Origin: an uncultured Alphaproteobacteria bacterium
Lineage (GTDB): Bacteria > Pseudomonadota > Alphaproteobacteria > RF32 > CAG-239
Reading direction: 5' to 3'
NCBI GenBank assembly: GCA_949297665.1
Contig: CASFTO010000076.1
Span: 1-55,143 of the forward strand
Length of the DNA stretch: 55,143 nt
Shown here: one piece after another, positions 8,302-18,401 of the stretch
How positions within the stretch are numbered: the first letter of the stretch is position 1
How the letters are laid out: the number at the start of each line of letters is the position of its first letter
Notes under the pieces: generated by a model
The model's input: the letters and a program-made list of their open reading frames with translations, nothing else
Told to the model about the DNA's origin: nothing
The model's database searches: none
Program-made: the position numbers and the translations under genes

Positions 8302-11242
8302 TTTTGTTCTTTTGGTCTTTGCTTTATTCGGTATTGCTCCGGCAAGAACTCAAGACTTAACTGATTATAGTAATGATCCTTTGATTTTGGAACCAATTAT
8401 CCAAGGATTTAATTTGGATGATTATGCTTACGTTTATGAAAAAACTAATAAGCAATATATTTCTTTGCCACAGATTTCTGCTTATCTCGGTCTAAAATAT
8501 GTCTTAAACCAAAATACGCTGAAACTCTGGTGGGTTAATGATGAAGATGCGCCGTTCGTTATTGATTTGGGGCAAAAAACTGTTGAGTATAACGGACTTA
8601 AAACACCTTTCGCTTCTGATGAAATGCTGGTTGTCGATGATACGATCTTCTTTGCCGCGGATTTTTATATTCAGTATCTAGATGTCAAAATTAAAATCGA
8701 TAGACTTAATATGCAACTCGTCGTAACCGCTGATAAAGATTTGCCGACGACGGTTAAACGTAGAGCCGAAAAAAAGAGAGGGAAAAATAATTTTTCGTTT
8801 AAACGCGATAGTTTTAAAAATTATGAATTCGATAATCGTTGGTTCGGAGAACCGGTTGTCGATTTGACACTCGGTAAAGGATGGAATTATTATGATTCTA
8901 TCGGGAAGTCTTCTAATAGTGATTCTTATTCCGTCAATGTGGCTATGCTTGCCGCCGGACTTGATGTTAATGCTTATATCTTTGGGGATTCTTATAATGA
9001 TAGGAATCCAAGGGTTAGATTAACCGGAAGCCGAACTTTTTTGGATGAACCGGGGAATGCTCTTAATCTTAAAACATTAAAGGTCGGTGATATCAGCGGG
9101 TTGAGCTCGTCTTATTTTGCTGATGCTTCTTTTGGTCGCGGTGCCGCCGTCAGCAGCTTCAAAAACTTGGTTATGTCTGCTAATAAAACAATTGATATTA
9201 CTGGTCCGCTTCTGGATGGGTGGCAAGTTGAACTCTATTGGAATGAACAGCTCGTCGGTTATCGCCAAAGCGGGGTTAATGGACAATATAACTTCCCTGA
9301 TATTCCGGTTTCTTATGGCTTAAATACTTTTAAACTCGTATTTTATGGACCTTATGGTGAAACAAGAACTGAATATGAACGCTATTACTCCGGTACAAGT
9401 CCGGTGAAAAAAGGTGAATTTGGTTATACCGCAGCGGCTTATCAGCCTTATCGCTATTTGATTGAAGACAATGAACCTTTTACTTATAGCGGTGATGATA
9501 CCCCTATTCTCGATTTTACCGGTTATTACGGTGCTACGGACCACTTAACGCTTATGGGTGGGTTTACGCAAACACCCGATGCGGAAACCGGTACGGAAAC
9601 TCAACAATTTGCTATGGCCGGTGCTCAATTGGCTGTTAAAGGTAGCTCAATTCAATATAACTTGGAACAAAATCTGGATACCGATGATTTTGCTCATCAC
9701 GCCGAATGGCAAGGCGATGTCTATATCGGTACAATTTATGCAGGCTATGATAAATTTAACGGAATTCATTCGCCTATCTCTTTTTATGGTGATGAATATT
9801 TGGATGAACAATTTGAAACCAGATTATCCGGTATGTTGCCTTGGCGCGTCCCTTATTATTTAAGTTGGAGACAAGGAACGCTCGAAAGTGATGAAACTCC
9901 CTTTAATAATGTTACGGCTCGACTTTCTAAACAATTAATGAATAGCCTGAATTTGACTTTGGAAGATAGCTATTATGATTACAATAATTCACAAGGCGCA
10001 TATAATGCCGTCCGCTTGGGAGCTTATAAATGGTGGGGGGACTTCTCTTCGGAATCTTGGCTGACCTATGAAACTTCTCCGGAAAGTCGCTTTACGGAAT
10101 TTTCTACTCGCTTGGATTGGAGAACCGGTCGTAATACTTATCTTTCCGGTAAATATACGCGCAACTTGATTGAAGATATGGATTATTTCTCTTTTTCCGG
10201 TGGGCAAATCTTTCCTTTTGGCGGTCTTACGGCTACGCTTGAGTTTGATAGAGATTTTAATATAAGCTCTTATCTCACTTATAATATCAGTCTTGCTAAA
10301 GCTCCAGATGCAATGGATGTTATTACTTCCGCTAATTCAAAATTGAGCAATACCGGTACTATGTATGTTAAATTAACGGATGAAGAAGGCGAACCTCTTG
10401 AAGGTATCGGGCTTAATGCGAACGGATTGGAAAAAGAAATTTATACCGATGAAAATGGGGTGGCTGTTTTAACGGATTTGCAGACTTATGAAAAAACCGT
10501 TCTTAATGTTGACACCGAAACTCTTATTGATGTTGCTTTGCAACCCCTTTATGATGAGAAAAAACTGGTTTTGAGACCGGGTACTATTCGGACGGTCGCT
10601 ATTCCCTTTATTCATCGGGGGGCTATCGAAGGAAAACTTGCAAATGCCAGCGATAGCAGAATGTTTGGCTACCAAATCTCCGCCTTTGATAAAGATAATA
10701 AAGAAATTGTTTCAACTTTTGCCGATATTGAGGGGTCCTTTATTTTAGATGCTATTCCTTATGGAAATTATAAAGTAATTGTATCTAAAGACGGACATCA
10801 GTTGGCAGAGCTCCAAGATATTAAAGTTGATGATGTATCGGTTTATATAAAAGATGAAATTGAATTAGATACTCGTGCTTTTGACTTTTTTGAAGCGCAA
10901 GATAGTCAAAACGAACTGGATTATTTTGAAGAACAGCATGACCTTGGATATAATAATGTTGATTATAGAAATAGAGATTTTCCAATCGATATTCCTCAGG
11001 CTGTGCTTAACCCTCAGGACGAAACGCCTCGAATTCAAATTGAAGAAATTGAGAAAGATATCTTTGTTCAAACTAAAGCTCCTGTATACGCTTCAGTTGC
11101 TTCGATACAATCGTTCGAGCGCTATTCTACCATACAAGATATTGAAGGGGATATTTTTTCACCTGCTGAAGGTAATTTGACTACGGTACTTCGTGATCTG
11201 CAGTACAATTCTTCGGCTTTATCCGAAGTTTTAGAGCATTAG
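8255..11242 (+). CDS. Large outer-membrane usher-like protein with C-terminal carboxypeptidase-regulatory-like Ig domains
   Basis: 995 aa with signal peptide; plug-like segment GWQVELYWN..L.....NGQYNF.DIPV.YGLN.F.LVFYGPYGE; amphipathic beta strands; C-terminal TDENG and ADIEGSF..DAIPYGNY; follows chaperone gene; start uncertain. Confidence 0.75.
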   Translation: MLKRKKKYCGRLYIFSFVLLVFALFGIAPARTQDLTDYSNDPLILEPIIQGFNLDDYAYVYEKTNKQYISLPQISAYLGLKYVLNQNTLKLWWVNDEDAPFVIDLGQKTVEYNGLKTPFASDEMLVVDDTIFFAADFYIQYLDVKIKIDRLNMQLVVTADKDLPTTVKRRAEKKRGKNNFSFKRDSFKNYEFDNRWFGEPVVDLTLGKGWNYYDSIGKSSNSDSYSVNVAMLAAGLDVNAYIFGDSYNDRNPRVRLTGSRTFLDEPGNALNLKTLKVGDISGLSSSYFADASFGRGAAVSSFKNLVMSANKTIDITGPLLDGWQVELYWNEQLVGYRQSGVNGQYNFPDIPVSYGLNTFKLVFYGPYGETRTEYERYYSGTSPVKKGEFGYTAAAYQPYRYLIEDNEPFTYSGDDTPILDFTGYYGATDHLTLMGGFTQTPDAETGTETQQFAMAGAQLAVKGSSIQYNLEQNLDTDDFAHHAEWQGDVYIGTIYAGYDKFNGIHSPISFYGDEYLDEQFETRLSGMLPWRVPYYLSWRQGTLESDETPFNNVTARLSKQLMNSLNLTLEDSYYDYNNSQGAYNAVRLGAYKWWGDFSSESWLTYETSPESRFTEFSTRLDWRTGRNTYLSGKYTRNLIEDMDYFSFSGGQIFPFGGLTATLEFDRDFNISSYLTYNISLAKAPDAMDVITSANSKLSNTGTMYVKLTDEEGEPLEGIGLNANGLEKEIYTDENGVAVLTDLQTYEKTVLNVDTETLIDVALQPLYDEKKLVLRPGTIRTVAIPFIHRGAIEGKLANASDSRMFGYQISAFDKDNKEIVSTFADIEGSFILDAIPYGNYKVIVSKDGHQLAELQDIKVDDVSVYIKDEIELDTRAFDFFEAQDSQNELDYFEEQHDLGYNNVDYRNRDFPIDIPQAVLNPQDETPRIQIEEIEKDIFVQTKAPVYASVASIQSFERYSTIQDIEGDIFSPAEGNLTTVLRDLQYNSSALSEVLEH

Positions 11243-11340
11243 AAAGCAAATAAATTATATTTTGAATACAAATAGCTCGTTTCATGTTATACAACGAATA
11301 TCTTATAACCCATAAGCTCTATTTTAATTTTGTTTTCATA

Positions 11341-11370
11341 AAGAAAGCAGGAAAACCTCCTGCTTTCTTT
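11341..11370. terminator. Bidirectional intrinsic terminator
   Basis: AAGAAAGCAGGA/TCCTGCTTTCTT stem between convergent genes. Confidence 0.75.
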
Positions 11371-11388
11371 GATTTTATGGTTGATACC

Positions 11389-12132
11389 TTATTCCGGTAA
11401 CAAAGGTGTTGCATATTCCATATACGGATCGTCTTGATCTGAAGTTAGCGTTAAACTGCCGTCTTCATTTTTCTCCTTTGCGTTGATTTGGTTATATGCA
11501 TATTCTTCAAAATTATTTAAATCAGCCTTCTGGGCGCCATCCAAATAAATGTTCTTAATTGTAACTTTTCCGGGATTGGAATCAAAGTCTATGCGAACTC
11601 TATATACTTTATCCGATGGGATTACAATACTGTATTTGTGCGCTCCGGCTTCACCTTGATATTCTACAACATGGCTCGCATCATACCAAACTTCGCGTTC
11701 TACCGTATAGAAAATTTGATAATTAAGAGCTTTGTCTGTTGTGGTTTCAAAGGTTAATACAGAATTTTGGGGCTCAATTTCAATAACTTCTTTGGTTATC
11801 TCCGGCTTACTTTCCCCAACAACAACTTCTTCAACCACTTCCTCTTGAGGTGTTGTTTCCTCCGCTGTAACAGATGGTTGAGGTTCTTCTGTTTCTGCTT
11901 TCGGTTCCTCTGTTATTGCTGCTTCTTCTATTTCAGCTTTCGGAGCTTCCTCTTTAGCTTTCATATCCTCCTTTATCGGTAATTTTTCTTCTACCTTAAT
12001 AGGTGCAGTAGGCTTTTGGGTTTCCTCTTTTTTACCACCAAATACAGATGCCAGCAACATAATTGCAACCAAAACAATTATTCCGGCTACAATTTTTTGC
12101 TTCTTGGTAATCTTAACTTCTTTATCTTTCAT
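11389..12132 (-). CDS. Hypothetical membrane-anchored protein (TM, E/P/T-rich linker, beta-sandwich domain)
   Basis: N-terminal TM, acidic low-complexity linker, C-terminal YQIFY...RVRIDFD..PG.VTIKNI (carbohydrate-binding-module-like). Confidence 0.75.
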   Translation of the reverse strand: MKDKEVKITKKQKIVAGIIVLVAIMLLASVFGGKKEETQKPTAPIKVEEKLPIKEDMKAKEEAPKAEIEEAAITEEPKAETEEPQPSVTAEETTPQEEVVEEVVVGESKPEITKEVIEIEPQNSVLTFETTTDKALNYQIFYTVEREVWYDASHVVEYQGEAGAHKYSIVIPSDKVYRVRIDFDSNPGKVTIKNIYLDGAQKADLNNFEEYAYNQINAKEKNEDGSLTLTSDQDDPYMEYATPLLPE

Positions 12133-12204
12133 AAAATCTCTCCCTTTCTTTTGTTAACTTATGAAAGTTTATGTAATAAAATTGTTATTTTCAATACTTT
12201 TATT

Positions 12205-12238
12205 AAAAAACTCTCTTTTTTTATGAAGAGAGTTTTTT
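12205..12238 (-). terminator. Intrinsic terminator after pyrG
   Basis: AAAAAACTCTCTT/AAGAGAGTTTTTT hairpin. Confidence 0.7.
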
Positions 12239-12240
12239 CT

Positions 12241-13884
12241 TTATACCAAGCGACTTTGTTTAATTGATGCTTTTATAAATTCAACAAACAATGGATGTGG
12301 CGCAAATGGTTTCGATTTCAATTCAGGATGGAATTGAACGCCGATAAACCACGGATGATCCGGACGCTCTACTATTTCTGGCAATTTTCCATCCGGCGAT
12401 GTTCCCGAAATAATCATCCCGCCTTTTTCCAGTTGGTCTTTGTATTTTATATTTACCTCATAACGATGGCGGTGCCTTTCTGATATGTGCTCACAGCCAT
12501 ATACTTCAGCCACCTTAGATCCGCTCTTTAAAACAGCTTCATACGCGCCTAAACGCATAGTGCCTCCTAAATCTCCATCTTTATGGCGTATCTGTTTCGC
12601 GCCGTCTTTATCCCATTCTGTCATTAGCCCAACGACGGCTTCGCAATTTTCATCCAATTCCGTCGTATTTGCATTTTGGATACCCAATACATTGCGCATT
12701 GTTTCAATGACTGCCATTTGCATACCAAAACAAATTCCTAAAAACGGTATTTTATGCTCTCGCGCATATTTGACCGCGGCTATTTTACCGGCCGTTCCGC
12801 GTGATCCGAAACCTCCGGGAACAAGAATGCCACTTACATCTGAGAGTATTGTATCAACCTCGCCTCTCTCCAAATCTTCCGCGTCTATCCACTTGATTCT
12901 TACTTTATATTTGTTGGCTATTCCTCCATGTGTCAGAGCTTCCCCTAGTGATTTATAGGCTTCCAACAACTTTACATATTTACCAACAACGGCGATTTTT
13001 ACTTCTCCTTCCGGGGCTTTAAGAGTTTCGACTATCTTTTCCCAACGGCTTAAATCTGCATCCGGACAATGTAATTTAAAGTGATCACACACTGCTTTGT
13101 CCATACCCTCTTTTGAATAGGCCAGTGGTACTTGGTATATGTTGCTTACATCCAAGGCTTGTATAACGTTGCTTTCTTTTATATTACAAAACAGTGCTAT
13201 CTTCTTGCGCTCATTTTCGGGAATCGGCATTTGTGAGCGACACAGCAACATATCCGGTTGTATACCATATTCTTGAAGTTTTTTAACGGAGTGTTGGGTC
13301 GGTTTGGTCTTTAACTCTCCGGCGGTCGGAATATAGGGTAATAAGGTCAGATGCAAAAACATTGTCCGCTCACGACCTAAGTCATAGGCCAACTGACGAA
13401 TCGCCTCTAAATATGGTTGACCTTCAATATCACCAACCGTTCCGCCTATTTCACACAATACAAAATCTTCATCCTCCAAATCACTTACAATAAAGTTTTT
13501 AATTTCATTTGTTACATGCGGAATAACTTGTATTGTTGAGCCTAAATAATCTCCATGACGCTCTTTATCTATCACCTTTTGATATATTTTGCCTGTCGTC
13601 GTACTGTCACTTCTTTTAGCCGATACACCGGAAAATCTTTCGTAGTGACCTAAATCCAAATCCGCTTCCGTTCCATCATCCGTAACAAAAACTTCTCCGT
13701 GTTGAAAAGGACTCATTGTCCCCGGATCTACGTTTAAATAAGGATCTAATTTTCGTAATCTTACCTTAAAGCCGCGACATTGAAGAATCGACGCCAATGA
13801 GGCCGATGCCAGCCCTTTGCCTAATGATGAAACAACACCGCCGGTTATAAAAATAAATTTTGTTTTCGGATTTAATTCAGACAT
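12241..13884 (-). CDS. pyrG: CTP synthase
   Basis: [46 protein letters not shown]. Confidence 0.99.
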   Translation of the reverse strand: MSELNPKTKFIFITGGVVSSLGKGLASASLASILQCRGFKVRLRKLDPYLNVDPGTMSPFQHGEVFVTDDGTEADLDLGHYERFSGVSAKRSDSTTTGKIYQKVIDKERHGDYLGSTIQVIPHVTNEIKNFIVSDLEDEDFVLCEIGGTVGDIEGQPYLEAIRQLAYDLGRERTMFLHLTLLPYIPTAGELKTKPTQHSVKKLQEYGIQPDMLLCRSQMPIPENERKKIALFCNIKESNVIQALDVSNIYQVPLAYSKEGMDKAVCDHFKLHCPDADLSRWEKIVETLKAPEGEVKIAVVGKYVKLLEAYKSLGEALTHGGIANKYKVRIKWIDAEDLERGEVDTILSDVSGILVPGGFGSRGTAGKIAAVKYAREHKIPFLGICFGMQMAVIETMRNVLGIQNANTTELDENCEAVVGLMTEWDKDGAKQIRHKDGDLGGTMRLGAYEAVLKSGSKVAEVYGCEHISERHRHRYEVNIKYKDQLEKGGMIISGTSPDGKLPEIVERPDHPWFIGVQFHPELKSKPFAPHPLFVEFIKASIKQSRLV

Positions 13885-13916
13885 TTTTCTTCCCTTTTAT
13901 TTCAGTTTTTGCAGTG

Positions 13917-13945
13917 AAAAAGGCACCTCCTTGAAAAGGTGCCTT
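13917..13945 (-). terminator. Terminator/attenuator hairpin between secG and pyrG
   Basis: AAGGCACCT/AGGTGCCTT stem followed by a U-tract on the minus strand. Confidence 0.55.
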
Positions 13946-13969
13946 ATGTTATTTTGCTTTTCTATCATA

Positions 13970-14416
13970 TTATTCCGCCGTCGGTACCGTCGGAGTTTCA
14001 GCAGCTTGCGCTTCCGTTGGAGCACTTGCTCCCGTTACCGGGGCAGCAGGTGTTGTGCTCGTTGTCGGTTCTGTTACTTCATCCTCTAACACCTTATTCT
14101 CGGCTGCCGCATCCGGTACGCTCGGTACCGTGGGTGCCGTTTGTACTAACGGAGCTATATCTGTTATAGATTCAGGTTTCCTTGTTTCACCCTTGTAATA
14201 TAGCGATAATAGTATTGATGTGATAAAAAATATTGTCGCAAGGATGGCCGTTGTTCGGGTCAACAAATTTCCCTTACCGCGCGCCGACAGAAAACTATCC
14301 GCACCATTGCCGCCACCCAGTCCACTAAGAGCATTGCCGGAATTTCGTTGCATCAAAATCAAAATAACCAGCAATAATGCTACCATTAAATGAATTACTA
14401 ACAATACTGATCCCAT
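13970..14416 (-). CDS. secG: Preprotein translocase subunit SecG
   Basis: ILMQR..G..L.GLGGG, RG.GNLLTRTTAILAT.FF; tpiA-secG-pyrG synteny. Confidence 0.95.
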   Translation of the reverse strand: MGSVLLVIHLMVALLLVILILMQRNSGNALSGLGGGNGADSFLSARGKGNLLTRTTAILATIFFITSILLSLYYKGETRKPESITDIAPLVQTAPTVPSVPDAAAENKVLEDEVTEPTTSTTPAAPVTGASAPTEAQAAETPTVPTAE

Positions 14417-14433
14417 TTTTATTTCCTTATTTC

Positions 14434-15195
14434 TTATTGTTTACTTGCTTCACCGATAGCCATAAAATCTGCGACTTTCAAACTTGCTCCGCCGATTAAA
14501 CCGCCATCGACATCCGGTAATGCCAACAATTCTTTTGCATTTGACGGTTTCATACTTCCACCATACAAAATACGCATCTTATTAGCATTGGCTCGACCTA
14601 ACTTCTTTGCTATCACTTTACGAATTGCAGCATGCACTTCTTCAACTTCTGTTGTTGTCGGCGTTCTGCCAGTACCGATTGCCCATACAGGTTCATATGC
14701 TATTACGGTATTTTGACCATTCGAAATTTCAGGAACAGATCCTTCTATTTGCGCGCTGCATACAGCAATTGTTTTTCCGGCGTCTTTTTCTGCTTCCGTT
14801 TCTCCGATACAAATGATTACCTTTAATCCGGCATTAATCGCCGCTTCCGCTTTTTGCTTAATCAATTCGTTGGACTCATAATGATTCGTACGGCGTTCCG
14901 AATGCCCAACTATAACATATTGACAGCCGATATCTTGCAACATCTTAGCGCTGATGTCTCCCGTATGTGCTCCCTTCTCTGCATAATGACAATCTTGCGC
15001 GCCCAACATCAGTTTCGTTCCTTTGATTGCTTTTTTGGCCGAACTCAACAGCGTAAACGGTGGGCATATTAAAAACTCACAATCTTTTCTTCCCGCTTTC
15101 TTTACTTCTTGCGCAACACCTTTTGCTAATGCAATGCCATCTTCTAAAAGACCATTCATTTTCCAGTTGCCGGCAATTAAAGTTTTTCTTATCAT
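14434..15195 (-). CDS. tpiA: Triosephosphate isomerase
   Basis: AGNWKMN, GHSERR, AYEPVWAIGTG, YGGS, GGLIGGASL. Confidence 0.99.
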   Translation of the reverse strand: MIRKTLIAGNWKMNGLLEDGIALAKGVAQEVKKAGRKDCEFLICPPFTLLSSAKKAIKGTKLMLGAQDCHYAEKGAHTGDISAKMLQDIGCQYVIVGHSERRTNHYESNELIKQKAEAAINAGLKVIICIGETEAEKDAGKTIAVCSAQIEGSVPEISNGQNTVIAYEPVWAIGTGRTPTTTEVEEVHAAIRKVIAKKLGRANANKMRILYGGSMKPSNAKELLALPDVDGGLIGGASLKVADFMAIGEASKQ

Positions 15196-15392
15196 CTTTA
15201 TTTATCCTTACCTCTAATTAATTTAACTTCTTCTTTTTTATCACGCACTTTTTTATTTTCCACATAAAAAAAAAGTTGTTTACAGAATTTTCTACCGCTT
15301 AAAAAAATATGAACATGTTTATATTTGAGATTGCATAAATTTTTTTGACCTTTATAATAAGCGCAATTACACTGTTTTGGGGATGGAAAAAA

Positions 15393-17276
15393 ATGATAAG
15401 TAAATTAGCTAAAGCTCATGAAAGTTGGATTTTTAAATTTATTTCGGCAGCCGTTGCCGTTAGCTTTGTTTCGCTTTTCGGTGTCACGGGGTATATTAAC
15501 AGCGCCAGCCAAAACCAAACTGTTGTTGACGTGGAAGGTCTTAAGACGACACAGAGCGAATTTTCTTATAGAGTTCAGAAAGAATTGAATGCGCTTAAGA
15601 ATCTGACAAGTGACGACTTTGAATTAACCGACGATATGCGTAATGCTATTACTGAAGGTGTGTTAAAACAGATTATTGATGAAAGCGTTTTGGATCAGAC
15701 TATGCTTTCTTATAACATCTATTTCCCAAAGGCTTTCATTCAACAAGTTATTTTTTCTCAACCAGAATTTGCTAATCCATTAAACGGTCAGTTTAATCCT
15801 GATATATTTAAACGTTATCTTTCCACAGCTGGTTTAAGTGAAGCTGAGTATGTTAATATGATTAAGCGTTTAATGGCTCAAAAAATGTTGGTAACAGATT
15901 TGGTTCAACCTTTTGCTGTTCCCAGTGTTTTAAGCAATGCTATTCATAAAATGGATAATCAACGTAAATCCTTTAGATATGTTCTTGTATCTCCTCAGGA
16001 TGTTAAAATTGAACGCAAAATCACAGATGATGAAGTTAATCAATACTTTGAAGATTTTTCTGAAAACTTTATGCTTCCTGAAACAAGAAATGCTCAAGTG
16101 GTATTTATTCCAAACGATGTTGTTTTGAAAAAATACGCTGCAACTGACGAAATGGTTGCTGATTATTATAAGCAAAACGAAAAAGACTTTGACCAACCTG
16201 AAAAAAGAGAAGTTTTGCAGATGGTCTTTTTAGATGAAGCTACTGCTCAAAAAGCTTTAAATGAAGTTATTGCTGGAAAGGCTTTTGATGATGTTGCTAA
16301 AGAGTTAAAAGCTGAAAATGCCGAAGAACCGACACTTGGCGTTGTTGCTCAAGATGAATTAGCTGATGATTTGGCTTATGACACATTTGAAATGGCTATT
16401 AATCAACCAAAGCTTTTACAAGTTGCAGATACATGGCAAGTTGTTAGTGTTAAGCAGATTATTCCGGCTAAGAAAATGACTTTTGAAGAAGTTAAGCCAC
16501 AAATTATTGAACAGCTGAATAACGACAACCTATATGATGCTTTACGTGATGCAAGAGCTGACATTGATGATGCTGTTAATGGCGGAAAGGCTTTGAGTGA
16601 TGTTGCACAAATGTTTGGTGTTGAAATGGTTAATGTGAATAACATTCCAGAAACATCTGCTATTACAAATTTACCGGCAACATTAAAATCTTTATCTAAT
16701 TCTTTGGATTTAAATGAACTTGTATTTTCTTATGGCGTTGGGGAAATCAGTTCTGCCGAAGAATTTGATGACGGAATTGTTGTTGCTCAAGTTACGGCAA
16801 TTAATGACGCTCACTTACCTGAAGTTGCTGATGTTAAAGATAAAATTATTGAAATGTGGACTGTTCAAGAAAAAGATGCTTTGGCAAAAGAAATTGCGGA
16901 CGGCATTGTTGCTGATGCAGAAAACGGAAGTCAGCTTGGTGACGTTGCAAAAGCCAGAAACTTGGAAATGTTCCGTTCTGAACCGATTAGCAGAAATGAA
17001 ACTTTCGCTAATTTAACACCTGCCGAAATCAGCGATCTATTCTTAGCTCAAAATGATGAAGTTAAAATTTATGAGCATGTTGGTAATAGTTTTATTATCG
17101 TCACACCTTTTGAAACAGTTAATTATGATGATGAACTTGATCCTTCTATTCTTGAAGATGTTAAAAAGCGTGCTGAAGCCTTGATGCTTTCGGATATGAT
17201 GAAGAGTGCATTGGATGCTTATGCCGAAGGTATGAAGATTGAAGTTGATTATAAACGCGCAGGATTTTCTGAATAA
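15393..17276 (+). CDS. ppiD: PpiD/SurA-N-domain periplasmic chaperone
   Basis: N-terminal TM, SurA-N-like region (F...GQFN...F), rotamase-like segment PEKREV.Q; divergent from tpiA as in Alphaproteobacteria. Confidence 0.8.
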   Translation: MISKLAKAHESWIFKFISAAVAVSFVSLFGVTGYINSASQNQTVVDVEGLKTTQSEFSYRVQKELNALKNLTSDDFELTDDMRNAITEGVLKQIIDESVLDQTMLSYNIYFPKAFIQQVIFSQPEFANPLNGQFNPDIFKRYLSTAGLSEAEYVNMIKRLMAQKMLVTDLVQPFAVPSVLSNAIHKMDNQRKSFRYVLVSPQDVKIERKITDDEVNQYFEDFSENFMLPETRNAQVVFIPNDVVLKKYAATDEMVADYYKQNEKDFDQPEKREVLQMVFLDEATAQKALNEVIAGKAFDDVAKELKAENAEEPTLGVVAQDELADDLAYDTFEMAINQPKLLQVADTWQVVSVKQIIPAKKMTFEEVKPQIIEQLNNDNLYDALRDARADIDDAVNGGKALSDVAQMFGVEMVNVNNIPETSAITNLPATLKSLSNSLDLNELVFSYGVGEISSAEEFDDGIVVAQVTAINDAHLPEVADVKDKIIEMWTVQEKDALAKEIADGIVADAENGSQLGDVAKARNLEMFRSEPISRNETFANLTPAEISDLFLAQNDEVKIYEHVGNSFIIVTPFETVNYDDELDPSILEDVKKRAEALMLSDMMKSALDAYAEGMKIEVDYKRAGFSE

Positions 17277-18193
17277 TGAAAATTGTTTTTATGGGAACAC
17301 CGGATTTTTCTGTTCCGGTATTGAAGGCTTTAATTAAGGAGCACGAAGTTGTTGCTGTTTATACTCGTGCCCCTAAAGAAAGTGGACGCGGTAAAAAAAT
17401 TAACAAAACACCTATTCACTTATTAGCAGAGGACGTCGGAGTTCCTGTTTATACGCCGCGCACCTTAAAAAATGATGAAGAGCTTGCTATTCTTAAATCG
17501 TTTAATGCGGATATTGCTATTGTGGCAGCTTACGGCTTGCTTTTACCTCAGACTGTTCTTGATGCTTTTCCTAAAGGTTGCATCAATGTTCACGCCTCTC
17601 TCCTTCCTCGTTGGAGAGGAGCAGCGCCAATTCAACGTGCTATTGAAGCTGGAGATGCGCAAAGTGGAATATCTATTATGAAAATGGCGCTAGCTCTGGA
17701 TGCAGGCGATGTTTTAAGTATAGCGATTGTTCCTATTACTGAGGAAATGACAGGTGGAGATTTGCATGATGCACTTTCAGAAATCGGAGCTGCTTTATTA
17801 TTGCAAACGCTTAGCCGCTTAGATGAAATTACTCCTGTCAAGCAAGATGAAACTTTGGTTACTTATGCTGAAAAATTAGATAAAGCAGAATGTTTACTTG
17901 ATTTTAGTATAGATGCTACGGCACTCATTAATAAAATTCGCGCATTTTCTCCGTATCCAGCGACTTATTTTACTTACCATGGAGAGCGTTTCAAAATTTA
18001 CCAAGCATCTATTATAGATGGTGTTGGAGCTCCCGGTGAAATTTTGGAAGGACACAGTAATTTGGTTATAGCCTGTGCTAATAACAAGGCTTTAAGAGTA
18101 AAAAAAATTCAAAGAGAAGGCAAGCAACCTATGGATATTGAGGACTTGTTGCGAGGCTTTGTCTTTAATGAAGGTGAGAGGCTTAATTCTTAA
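17276..18193 (+). CDS. fmt: Methionyl-tRNA formyltransferase
   Basis: MKIVFMGTPDFS, AAYGLLLP, INVHASLLPRWRGAAPIQRAI. Confidence 0.98.
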   Translation: MKIVFMGTPDFSVPVLKALIKEHEVVAVYTRAPKESGRGKKINKTPIHLLAEDVGVPVYTPRTLKNDEELAILKSFNADIAIVAAYGLLLPQTVLDAFPKGCINVHASLLPRWRGAAPIQRAIEAGDAQSGISIMKMALALDAGDVLSIAIVPITEEMTGGDLHDALSEIGAALLLQTLSRLDEITPVKQDETLVTYAEKLDKAECLLDFSIDATALINKIRAFSPYPATYFTYHGERFKIYQASIIDGVGAPGEILEGHSNLVIACANNKALRVKKIQREGKQPMDIEDLLRGFVFNEGERLNS

Positions 18194-18274
18194 ATAAATT
18201 CTGTATATATCGTTTTTTTGCTTGATTATATAAAAATGTTGTATATACTTGTGGCAAATTTGTGGTTGTAATCC

Positions 18275-18358
18275 GCGGGCGTGGTGAAATTGGTAGACAC
18301 GCTAGACTTAGGATCTAGTGGCTTTGCTGTGAGAGTTCGAGTCTCTCCGCCCGCACCA
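18275..18358 (+). tRNA. tRNA-Leu (anticodon TAG)
   Basis: Acceptor GCGGGCG/CGCCCGC-ACCA, anticodon arm CTAGA-CT-TAG-GA-TCTAG, variable arm, GTTCGA T-loop. Confidence 0.96.
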
Positions 18359-18401
18359 TTTCGTTTCTATGAAATGGTCTTTTTGGAAGAGATTTAATAA
18401 A

